A stretch of 64,000 nt of DNA, from IMG/VR virus record IMGVR_UViG_3300042466_001016. One strand, written 5' to 3'. Below, one piece after another: positions 16,282 to 24,219 of this stretch. A model generated the notes under the pieces. It saw only the letters and a list, made by a program, of their open reading frames with translations. It did no database searches and was not told the origin of the DNA. The DNA comes from an uncultured virus (IMG/VR IMGVR_UViG_3300042466_001016) (taxonomy: Duplodnaviria; Heunggongvirae; Uroviricota; Caudoviricetes). Each line of letters opens with the position of its first letter. The first letter of the stretch is position 1. The position numbers and the translations under genes were made by a program.

Positions 16282-19257
16282 TTAAGCTTTCTGACTTTGA
16301 ACCACATCTTTATTTTTGGTATTTCTAGCCGCTTCTTCATCAATTTTACTAATTATGAATTGTGCTACTTTAGATATTACTTCTAAATTACTTTGTATTT
16401 TTTCCTTGTTAGCCTTCCATAAAGCCAAATATGTTGTATGATGCGATACTGGAAGTCCGTAGTGTTTTAATACCACATAAGATACGCTTTCAGCTTGAAG
16501 TTCTTTCAAAGCACTACTACCTCTAACTTCGTCATCTTGATAGAAGATAGATTTGGCTTTAAAGTGCATCAATTCATGAGCAATTTCATGTATCATAGTT
16601 GATAACCTACCAGCACCAGATACGTCCGATGATATGTTGATATGGTCGCCAGCAGCAAAACCTTTCTCACCACCCTTGGCATCTGATTGAGTAACTTTGA
16701 TACCCAAATCTGAAGCAACTTCAGAAGCATACATGAATAATTCATCAGCTGTTTCTGATGGTGTGTTGTCACCCCACCATTGTGGTTCATCTGGTATATC
16801 ACCTCTTTCATCCATTGGTTCGGTATCTGAAATGTCAAAAACGTTAACTGCTCTAAACCCTCTCACATCTTTATCACGATTAAATTCACCCATACCCAAT
16901 GAAGGTTCATCATCTGGAACTGATTTGTCTTTGTTTATAATAGGGGCCAAAATAGTAATAGCTTTAGCACCTTTCTTAACTTGTCTGAATTTTTCTTGCC
17001 ATTTTTTATATGAACCAACTCGTTTCGCATCTGGTCTTTGAATGAAAATAAGTATTCTATTAAAGAAACTGTAATCGTGGAATTTAGAGAAGAAAGTTAA
17101 ATATCTTCTGATTTCAGCTGATAGAGCTGCTTCATCAGTAGCATTGGCCAAATCAGATATATATTGGTCCAATTTAGCTTTCAACAAACTTTTATTATCA
17201 GCTTCTGAACTGTCAATAGCTTCTTCTACGTCTTCCAGTGTGCTAATAAGGTATTCAGCTTTATTGATTAATGAAAGTGTTTGTTTAGCCACTTCTAGTT
17301 TATCTGTAGGGATGGCCCAATTGGTGCCTGTCCAGATGAAACCGTTTTGTTTTAGTACGTTTTTATTTGAAAAGGTTTCTTGACTAGCAGCTTTGCCTTC
17401 CAAGTCTGAAATAACATTAAGCTTGTTATTTTTTTTATCGTGTTGAAGCTTTAGGGCTTCTTTAATAAAAGATTCTGATAAAGATGGAGCATTGATGTTG
17501 CCTTGGGTTTTCTTTAATTTAACCACATTATCTACGGCACCTTGACTACAACCAACACCAGCTGGTTTGTTGTTTAATTTTGTACAATCATTAAATTCAA
17601 CAAAAGCACCGTTAGCATACTGAGTTTTTTTTTCTGCGTTGGTTTTCTTTGAATTCTTAAAACTACCATTACGATTTATTCCTGGTAAAGCATTTGCATC
17701 ATAAGCACCAACACTACCACTACCAGCTGTTGTTTCAGTCAAAGATTCTTTATACCAATTACCAATTAATAATGGGTCTATACCTCTTTTTTGAAGATTA
17801 TTTTTAGATGTGATTAAAAAATCAGATAATTTATTTTCTGGGTATTGGTCTTTTAAATCCAATGATGTATAATGTTTAATTTCATCATTTTCAACACCAG
17901 TATAATCCCAACCATTGGCTATTTTATTAGAATCCTTAAAAAGTGCAAAATGTGTATAGCCGTCACCCAAACCTTCACCAACAACTGGTACATTCAATTT
18001 ATTGGTATCTACTGGCATTTCTTTTTTTATCATTGGCATACTCAAGGCACCAGTGAATGAACCAGACGATGCCGCACCAGTCATCTCTTCAAGACCATTA
18101 GGTGATAAAACCTTAACAATTGATTTGCTTTTATCGTATAATGATATAAGTTCATTTTTTAAAGGTTCGTCAATTTTAACCAACTCATCACCAGATTCAA
18201 AAGAATCAACTCCATTTCCTTTAGATAAACTATTCAAATTAGCATTTATATATCTTTCAAGCACATCCCTATCAATTTCAAAATCACCATATTCGTATTC
18301 TGGATAACCATCTTCATCTTTACCAACATATTTTTTTTCAACTTCAGCATAATCAAAGAATTTATCTTTATCGATAAAGTCATAATTAAACACATATAAC
18401 ACCCCATTTTTACTTTTTAAAATAGCTATTTCACTATTATAAGCTATTGCTATTAATTGAATATTTTTAGGTGTAATTGGTTCTTTATATTCAACATCTT
18501 GATTCCATGGAGAATTAGGGTCATTTTCAGTACCAGCTGGATAATTGCTAGCTTCTGTTTCCATTTGAGGTTCAGAACCCATTAGATTGTGTAATTCGTT
18601 TTCAACAGCTTGGATGGCTTTTTCTGGGCTTCCAGATGTTTTAGAAAGTTCGTATTTACCGTTGTCACCAACAATCAAACCTTTGTTTAATAATGCATCG
18701 CAAATATCGTCAAATGTCAAATCATGTTCAACCCAAAATGGTGAGAAAATTTCTGATTTACGGTATAAATATTTTATTAATTCTATGGTTTCTTTTTTGA
18801 TAGAGTCATCAACTCTAGTTAAACCATCACTCATATCAGTATTTTCCTTGATGAGCCCAGAAGCAAACAATCTATTATATTGCTCTTTGGTAATTTTAAC
18901 TATATTTTTTTTTGATTCTTTAAGTGCTTTGGTTAACGATTTCTTTTCAAACACTATTGTAGGGTCAATAGATGCAATTGCATTTTTGATATGTGGGAAT
19001 TTGTATTCACTAACAGTACCAACTATTTTTCCTGATGTTTCGTAAAAACTAAGATTTGAGTCTGGGTCTTTTTTTTTGATACTACTAATAACAAAATCAT
19101 GTTTTTTTTCAACGATACCATTATAAATAACAACACGGATTGGATTTGCTCCTAATGAACTACCAACTGATTTTAAACCAGACTCATCATCATTTTCGTT
19201 TATCTTTTTAATATTCAATAATTTAGATTGTCTTTCTGTAATCTTAAGTTTTTTCAT
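16282..19257 (-). CDS. Polyvalent-type protein with C-terminal ArdC-like ssDNA-binding domain and zincin metallopeptidase (MPTase/ImmA-like)
   Basis: FHDYSFFNRILI..Q.PDA..V.SYKKW...RQVKKGAKAI.ILAP..F..VNVFDISDT (ArdC-N); TMIHEIAHELMH..ELQAESVSYVV...G...YL..W (peptidase). Confidence 0.85.
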   Translation of the reverse strand: MKKLKITERQSKLLNIKKINENDDESGLKSVGSSLGANPIRVVIYNGIVEKKHDFVISSIKKKDPDSNLSFYETSGKIVGTVSEYKFPHIKNAIASIDPTIVFEKKSLTKALKESKKNIVKITKEQYNRLFASGLIKENTDMSDGLTRVDDSIKKETIELIKYLYRKSEIFSPFWVEHDLTFDDICDALLNKGLIVGDNGKYELSKTSGSPEKAIQAVENELHNLMGSEPQMETEASNYPAGTENDPNSPWNQDVEYKEPITPKNIQLIAIAYNSEIAILKSKNGVLYVFNYDFIDKDKFFDYAEVEKKYVGKDEDGYPEYEYGDFEIDRDVLERYINANLNSLSKGNGVDSFESGDELVKIDEPLKNELISLYDKSKSIVKVLSPNGLEEMTGAASSGSFTGALSMPMIKKEMPVDTNKLNVPVVGEGLGDGYTHFALFKDSNKIANGWDYTGVENDEIKHYTSLDLKDQYPENKLSDFLITSKNNLQKRGIDPLLIGNWYKESLTETTAGSGSVGAYDANALPGINRNGSFKNSKKTNAEKKTQYANGAFVEFNDCTKLNNKPAGVGCSQGAVDNVVKLKKTQGNINAPSLSESFIKEALKLQHDKKNNKLNVISDLEGKAASQETFSNKNVLKQNGFIWTGTNWAIPTDKLEVAKQTLSLINKAEYLISTLEDVEEAIDSSEADNKSLLKAKLDQYISDLANATDEAALSAEIRRYLTFFSKFHDYSFFNRILIFIQRPDAKRVGSYKKWQEKFRQVKKGAKAITILAPIINKDKSVPDDEPSLGMGEFNRDKDVRGFRAVNVFDISDTEPMDERGDIPDEPQWWGDNTPSETADELFMYASEVASDLGIKVTQSDAKGGEKGFAAGDHINISSDVSGAGRLSTMIHEIAHELMHFKAKSIFYQDDEVRGSSALKELQAESVSYVVLKHYGLPVSHHTTYLALWKANKEKIQSNLEVISKVAQFIISKIDEEAARNTKNKDVVQSQKA
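18499..18531. repeat. 33-bp exact repeat, copy 2
   Basis: Identical to 14840-14872. Confidence 0.9.
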
Positions 19258-19258
19258 T

Positions 19259-19501
19259 TTAATTGTTTTTATTGGTTAGGCTATTCTTCCAAGTTGCTCG
19301 TTTTATCCAAAGTGTCTTATAAAGCTGAGTCAATACGTTTCCTGTTATTTCAACAACTTTATCCTCTAATTCTTTTTCGTTTTTAATCCTATCTTTTACT
19401 ATTTTCTCAATTTTAGCCTTAAAATCTTTGCTATCCATATAGATTTTAACCTCCTTGGTTACATCAGATTTGGTCATATTCTCTTGAATTTTAGTTTTCA
19501 T
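19259..19501 (-). CDS. Hypothetical protein
   Basis: 80-aa ORF with ATATTTAT motif at 19524-19531. Confidence 0.7.
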   Translation of the reverse strand: MKTKIQENMTKSDVTKEVKIYMDSKDFKAKIEKIVKDRIKNEKELEDKVVEITGNVLTQLYKTLWIKRATWKNSLTNKNN

Positions 19502-19543
19502 ATATAGGTTTAATCTTTTCTATATAAATATGCTTATTTTATC

Positions 19544-19568
19544 AAAAAAAAACCCCAGCTGGGGTTTT
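19544..19568 (-). terminator. Intrinsic terminator
   Basis: A-run then AACCCC-AGCT-GGGGTT. Confidence 0.75.
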
Positions 19569-19593
19569 AATTTTATAATATTTAAAAGATGAC

Positions 19594-20064
19594 TTATTTT
19601 ATTGAAATGCCGACCAAAAGTGTAGCTACTGGAAGTGCTACGTCACCTATAAGTGCTATCATTTTGATAATCTTTTGTTTTCTAAGTTCTTTTTTTTGTT
19701 TTTTTATCACATCACTCAAAATCTCATTCTCACTTTTTAAATTATCTATGATACTGTTTAGGTTATTTACAATTTCTGTTAAATTATTTTTCTCATTTTG
19801 AAGAATTTCAATTTTATCAACAAGTAATGTGATTTTGTTTTTATTAAGGCTATCAACAACCGTATAAACATCAAGTAAACTATCGTTGATTTCTTTTTCT
19901 AATAATGATTTAAGTATTGTTTTAGCATCAGATAAACTCATCTGAATTACGGTATCACCGTATTCATTAATGACTGATTGTACTCTTTGTTCTTTCGATA
20001 TATTTTGTGAGCGAGCTGGCAACGCCATTAGCAGACAAAACATTAACATGATTAGGTATCTCAT
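19594..20064 (-). CDS. Secreted coiled-coil protein with C-terminal hydrophobic anchor (spanin-like candidate)
   Basis: Signal-peptide-like MRYLIMLMFCLLMALPARS, coiled coil, C-terminal hydrophobic tail; overlaps upstream gene by 98 nt. Confidence 0.5.
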   Translation of the reverse strand: MRYLIMLMFCLLMALPARSQNISKEQRVQSVINEYGDTVIQMSLSDAKTILKSLLEKEINDSLLDVYTVVDSLNKNKITLLVDKIEILQNEKNNLTEIVNNLNSIIDNLKSENEILSDVIKKQKKELRKQKIIKMIALIGDVALPVATLLVGISIK

Positions 20065-20350
20065 TTTTTCTTTTTTTTAGTAATTGAATTTGTGATTCTT
20101 TTTCCGTTATTTCTTTATTATTTGCTTCGATAAGCAAATTAATTTTAGCTATTTTTTTTTCTAATTTATCATTAAGGATAAATAAACTATCGTTTTTACC
20201 CAATAACTTATCATTTTTAGCATGAAGTTCTTTAATCTCATCTTTACGGTAATTAATCTTATTTTTTTGCCCTAAAAAAAAGCTAATAATTAACCCTAAC
20301 GATAAAATTATAATAAAAACAGTTTTAATATCAAGTTTTTTTAAATCCAT
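19967..20350 (-). CDS. N-terminal TM plus coiled-coil protein (inner-membrane spanin-like candidate)
   Basis: TM VFIIILSLGLIISFFLG followed by heptad repeats. Confidence 0.5.
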   Translation of the reverse strand: MDLKKLDIKTVFIIILSLGLIISFFLGQKNKINYRKDEIKELHAKNDKLLGKNDSLFILNDKLEKKIAKINLLIEANNKEITEKESQIQLLKKRKNEIPNHVNVLSANGVASSLTKYIERTKSTISH

Positions 20351-20826
20351 TAGTCTTGTGTTTGGTTGAATTCTGTGGTTATTTTCTTAGCCCATTCATT
20401 TTTCCAATTTTTGAAATAACCTTGTAATTTTTTAAGGATTTCATTGTTGTCATCATTTAACCCAATAGTACCCGTATCAATTTTAACTTCATCTTCTTTT
20501 AACTCCATTTTAAATTGAGCACGATTGCTCAATATATTACCTTCAATAATTGCGTTTTTATCAACTGGATATATCTTAAAATTAGTTATTTCGGCACTTG
20601 GGTCAACTATTTCAGAAAGTTTTTTGTATTCATCGTTAAACACATAATCACCTCTTTTTGGTGTTATGGTATCTTTTTGGTCACCAGCATCTGATGAAAG
20701 GTCTGTTTGAGGAGTGGCTGCTTGATTTTGTTCGTCAGCTTCTGTAATAAGTCTAGACTTATACCCACCTCTGATGATATCCATCATCTTTTTGGTCATG
20801 TCATGTTCGTTAATATTATCCTTCAT
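20350..20826 (-). CDS. Hypothetical protein, possibly head-associated
   Basis: 158-aa ORF with INE/LITE motifs. Confidence 0.65.
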   Translation of the reverse strand: MKDNINEHDMTKKMMDIIRGGYKSRLITEADEQNQAATPQTDLSSDAGDQKDTITPKRGDYVFNDEYKKLSEIVDPSAEITNFKIYPVDKNAIIEGNILSNRAQFKMELKEDEVKIDTGTIGLNDDNNEILKKLQGYFKNWKNEWAKKITTEFNQTQD

Positions 20827-21433
20827 GGTTTTCTATTTTGTTTTTAAATAATTCACAATTCCAACTTGGGTTTATATCAGTGTAATATTTTTCTATGTTA
20901 CTTTTATACATAACTCCCTTATAATCACTTAAATTATCAACCTTGGTGTTATGGTTGATTGCGAATAAGGGTATTTTGAACTCATTACATAATGATTTTA
21001 CCAACTTTGTTGTCGATTCAAATTGTTTTTTAGTGTATGGGGCCCAAAAATTATAACCCCTCCATCTTTTTTCAACAACCTTGCTCGGTTCTTTATAAAT
21101 ATCACCAATCCACGTAATAAATTCGTTATTTTCAGAATTTTTAATTAACCAACCATCATTTTCCAATAAAATAACGATACTTTTTGAGTTTGATTGGTAA
21201 TCTTTAAAATAATTAGAATAGAATTTAGGGTCAAAGTGTTTATAAATTAAACCAACAGAACTTATTGTAAACGCTGCTGTTTTTTTATAGTGTCCATTAT
21301 ACCTTTTTAACCAACCATTATAGTGACGCATGTCATGATTAAACGTATGACCAATAATTATCTGTTCTTTTTTTGATTCTATTGGTATATAGTTTTGAAT
21401 AGGTAACACATGTGTTTTATCATCTATTAACAT
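20816..21433 (-). CDS. N-acetylmuramoyl-L-alanine amidase (Amidase_2)-like protein, possibly inactive
   Basis: QIIIGHT, AFTI...G.IYKHF, SIVILLEN, YTKKQFEST..LV..LC..F.IP, TDINP. Confidence 0.7.
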   Translation of the reverse strand: MLIDDKTHVLPIQNYIPIESKKEQIIIGHTFNHDMRHYNGWLKRYNGHYKKTAAFTISSVGLIYKHFDPKFYSNYFKDYQSNSKSIVILLENDGWLIKNSENNEFITWIGDIYKEPSKVVEKRWRGYNFWAPYTKKQFESTTKLVKSLCNEFKIPLFAINHNTKVDNLSDYKGVMYKSNIEKYYTDINPSWNCELFKNKIENHEG

Positions 21434-22680
21434 TAATCACGCTTAAAAAATACTTTATTGTTATCACCATTTTTAACTAATTTGTTTGAACCTATTCTTT
21501 CAATAGTGTTGCTAGTTTTAGGTTGAGGTACGTTTACCGAATAACCTCTATCTTTGATTTCTTTAATGTCTTCTAAATGTATTTTACCTGTTGGTATTAC
21601 AGGTGTTCTTTCTTTTACAAGTTCAACTACAGGTTCTATAACTGGCTCAACCACATCCACATTTAATTTATCATCATGTTGTTCATCTGGTCCTAATCTA
21701 ATATCCCATGGTTCAACCACATCATCATTTAATTCATCATCATGTTGTTCATCCTGTAGGATAGGTTCTTCAATGGTTTCATTTGCTTCAATAACACTTG
21801 TTGACTCTTCTTTATGTTTTTTTTTCAAAATATTGACAGCATCTTCCAACACATATTTGGTTTTGTCTTTAGGTTCCAAAGGATTATCTTCATTCTCAAT
21901 CTCAAATATTCTATTGGTCATTAAAACCAAAGCAACCGCTAATGGGTCAAACACAAATATAAGTAATAAAATAAGGATGTTGACAATCTTGGCCATTGGT
22001 GTCCCAGTAAGCTCTGAGATGTATTTCAATGGACCTACTTCACCAGCAACTTCACTATTGGCATTAAGTTCTAAAACACTTGTATTGTATTTGCTTATTG
22101 AATCGGATAAATAAGCATTTTTTAAACTTAACCCATCAATATCATTTGTCAATTTCTGAATTTCATCATTTGAGATTTTAATATCAACCCTAGCACTGTT
22201 TTTATTGCGATTGTTTTCAGCAGCATCCAAACGAGATTCTTGGTTTCTTCTTAATTCTGATAATTGGTCGATGCGTTTATTCTTTTGGTCAATGATTTTT
22301 TGATTGTCATCAATATTTTTTTGAAACAAATCTTTCTTACCATTCAATACTGATACTTGACCATTTTGTATTTCTAATTTGTTTGCCGTTTTTTGATAAG
22401 CATTGGAGAGAAAACCGTAAATACCAGCTGATGTAATAAGCATTAAAACAACCACACTAATGGTTAGATAAGTTTTTAACAATTTTGATGTTTTATTCCA
22501 ATATCTATGCAAGGCCGTAGTGGTTATTATTTTAGCAACTTCCAAACCCGTGGCCATTATGATTACAGCGGTACTAGCACCAGCAAATAATTGACTCAAA
22601 CCCCATACTGAAAAATAACCAGCACACCCAGCTACAACAAGGGCCAAGAACAACATTACATAACCAAATCTTATTTTCAT
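21433..22680 (-). CDS. Multi-pass membrane protein with long coiled coil and acidic tail
   Basis: Three N-terminal TMs, coiled coil, EVGPLKYISE then TM ILILLLIFVFDPLAVALVL. Confidence 0.75.
   Translation of the reverse strand: MKIRFGYVMLFLALVVAGCAGYFSVWGLSQLFAGASTAVIIMATGLEVAKIITTTALHRYWNKTSKLLKTYLTISVVVLMLITSAGIYGFLSNAYQKTANKLEIQNGQVSVLNGKKDLFQKNIDDNQKIIDQKNKRIDQLSELRRNQESRLDAAENNRNKNSARVDIKISNDEIQKLTNDIDGLSLKNAYLSDSISKYNTSVLELNANSEVAGEVGPLKYISELTGTPMAKIVNILILLLIFVFDPLAVALVLMTNRIFEIENEDNPLEPKDKTKYVLEDAVNILKKKHKEESTSVIEANETIEEPILQDEQHDDELNDDVVEPWDIRLGPDEQHDDKLNVDVVEPVIEPVVELVKERTPVIPTGKIHLEDIKEIKDRGYSVNVPQPKTSNTIERIGSNKLVKNGDNNKVFFKRD
21643..21753. repeat. Imperfect 45-bp intragenic duplication (66-bp period)
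   Basis: DEQHDDELNDDVVEP / DEQHDDKLNVDVVEP; copies at 21643-21687 and 21709-21753. Confidence 0.8.
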
Positions 22681-22712
22681 ATCAAAAGTTTTTTCTTATA
22701 AATATCTTAAAT

Positions 22713-22737
22713 AAAAAAAGGGGATAACCCCCTTTTT
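22713..22737 (-). terminator. Intrinsic terminator after sigma gene
   Basis: AAAAAAAGGGG-ATAAC-CCCCTTTTT. Confidence 0.75.
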
Positions 22738-22738
22738 A

Positions 22739-23563
22739 TTAGTTTATCAAGCAAAATAAATTATGAGCATTATGTCTTAATTTTCTTATCGCTTTTTCTT
22801 TTATTTGTCTAATACGTTCTTTGGTCAAACCGTATTTTTCACCTATAGCTTCCAACGTCATTGATTCAAAATTTGTGTTGATTCCAAAATAACATTCGAT
22901 TATAACCCTTTCTCTTTCGTCAAGAACTGATAACGTGTTGTTTAACTCTGTTTTGATTCTTTTATCAACAACCAATCTATCTTCTTCCTCCTCAACACTA
23001 ACCAATTCAATAAGCTCATCACCATCTTCATTTATCGTTTCGTTTAATGAAGAACATTTAGGATAATGAACCAAAACCATCACTTCGTTATTTTTACCAA
23101 AGATTTCACCATATACTGGTTCTCTCTCATTTTCCATTTCAAACTTGACAATTTCTTTTTTTAAATGTGAAATTTTATTGATGACATTCGCTGGTAATCT
23201 TACCATTCTAGCGTTATCATTTAAACTTTGTATTATTGATTGTTTTATCCACCATACAGCATAAGAGATAAACCTAAAACCTTTTTTGTGGTCGAATCTT
23301 GTAGCGGCTTTAACCAAACCGTAGTTACCTTCACTAATTAAATCTGAAAGTGATAACCCTTGACCTTGATAATCTTTTGCGATTGAAACCACAAATTTTA
23401 AATTTGCCTTTACTAATTTATCAACTGCTGATTGGTCACCTTCGTTTATTCTTCTCGCCAATTCAACTTCTTCTTTTGGTGTTAAAATGACTGATTTTCT
23501 TACGTCTTTAAAATACTTTGAAATACTATCATCAGCATCAAAATTTATAAACTTTTTACTCAT
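22739..23563 (-). CDS. RNA polymerase sigma-70 factor, RpoD/SigA-like (short form without region 1.1)
   Basis: Region 1.2 SISKYFKDV, region 2 ANLKFVVSIAK..DLISEGNYGL..RFISYAVWWIKQSI, VRLP, region 4 TLEAIG..GLTKERIRQIKEKA. Confidence 0.92.
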   Translation of the reverse strand: MSKKFINFDADDSISKYFKDVRKSVILTPKEEVELARRINEGDQSAVDKLVKANLKFVVSIAKDYQGQGLSLSDLISEGNYGLVKAATRFDHKKGFRFISYAVWWIKQSIIQSLNDNARMVRLPANVINKISHLKKEIVKFEMENEREPVYGEIFGKNNEVMVLVHYPKCSSLNETINEDGDELIELVSVEEEEDRLVVDKRIKTELNNTLSVLDERERVIIECYFGINTNFESMTLEAIGEKYGLTKERIRQIKEKAIRKLRHNAHNLFCLIN

Positions 23564-23650
23564 TAATACTTACACATTTTCATCTTTTTTTGTTATTTTT
23601 GGTTATTTAAATATAAGGTTTTTTCTTTAAAAGTCAAGCGTTTAAGGCTA

Positions 23651-24169
23651 TTATTTAACCAATAAAGGAAGTAATTTTTTATCGGATTCTGTTAGGTTTT
23701 CTAACCCAGAATCTATCAACTCATTTAACAATTCTTGTTTCTCAGACTGACTTAATTTTTCAATATTTTTCGGGTCTAATTTATTTTTCTTTTTCAGTGA
23801 ATCACGAAGAGGTTTTTTAACTGTTTTAATGTCTTTGGTTTCCGATGATAACGAAATACTTTTTAAAAAATCATCATTCATTTCGTTTGTATTCACACTT
23901 TTTAAAAAACCAAATAAACCTTCATGTATTTCTTTTTTCGTAATGTTGAAACCAGAATTATCTTTATCCAAATCAAATATTAAAAAATTTCTATTATTTT
24001 CAGTAAACCATGCGGTTAATTCACTTGGTTCGGCAAAAGATGTAAAAGTTGCTATTAAAACTCCTTTGGCATCCAATATGTTAGGGGTACCTTCACATAT
24101 TTTGGTTATTTCCAATTGAACACCAGAAGTACTTCCCATCACAACAATACAATAATTTCTAAATTTCAT
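23651..24169 (-). CDS. Hypothetical protein
   Basis: 172-aa ORF with its own promoter at 24188-24218. Confidence 0.75.
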   Translation of the reverse strand: MKFRNYCIVVMGSTSGVQLEITKICEGTPNILDAKGVLIATFTSFAEPSELTAWFTENNRNFLIFDLDKDNSGFNITKKEIHEGLFGFLKSVNTNEMNDDFLKSISLSSETKDIKTVKKPLRDSLKKKNKLDPKNIEKLSQSEKQELLNELIDSGLENLTESDKKLLPLLVK

Positions 24170-24187
24170 ATATATCTTTATTTAAAA

Positions 24188-24218
24188 CAAAGGTACGCTT
24201 TATTTTTGTCTTTTCCAA
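24188..24218 (-). promoter_or_regulatory. Bacteroidota sigma-A-type promoter
   Basis: - strand TTG-N20-TACCTTTG. Confidence 0.7.
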
Positions 24219-24219
24219 A

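Noticed and set aside
14840..18531. Diversity-generating retroelement template/variable repeat pair
   Set aside because: The repeat is only 33 bp, identical rather than differing at adenines, and no reverse transcriptase is in the window.
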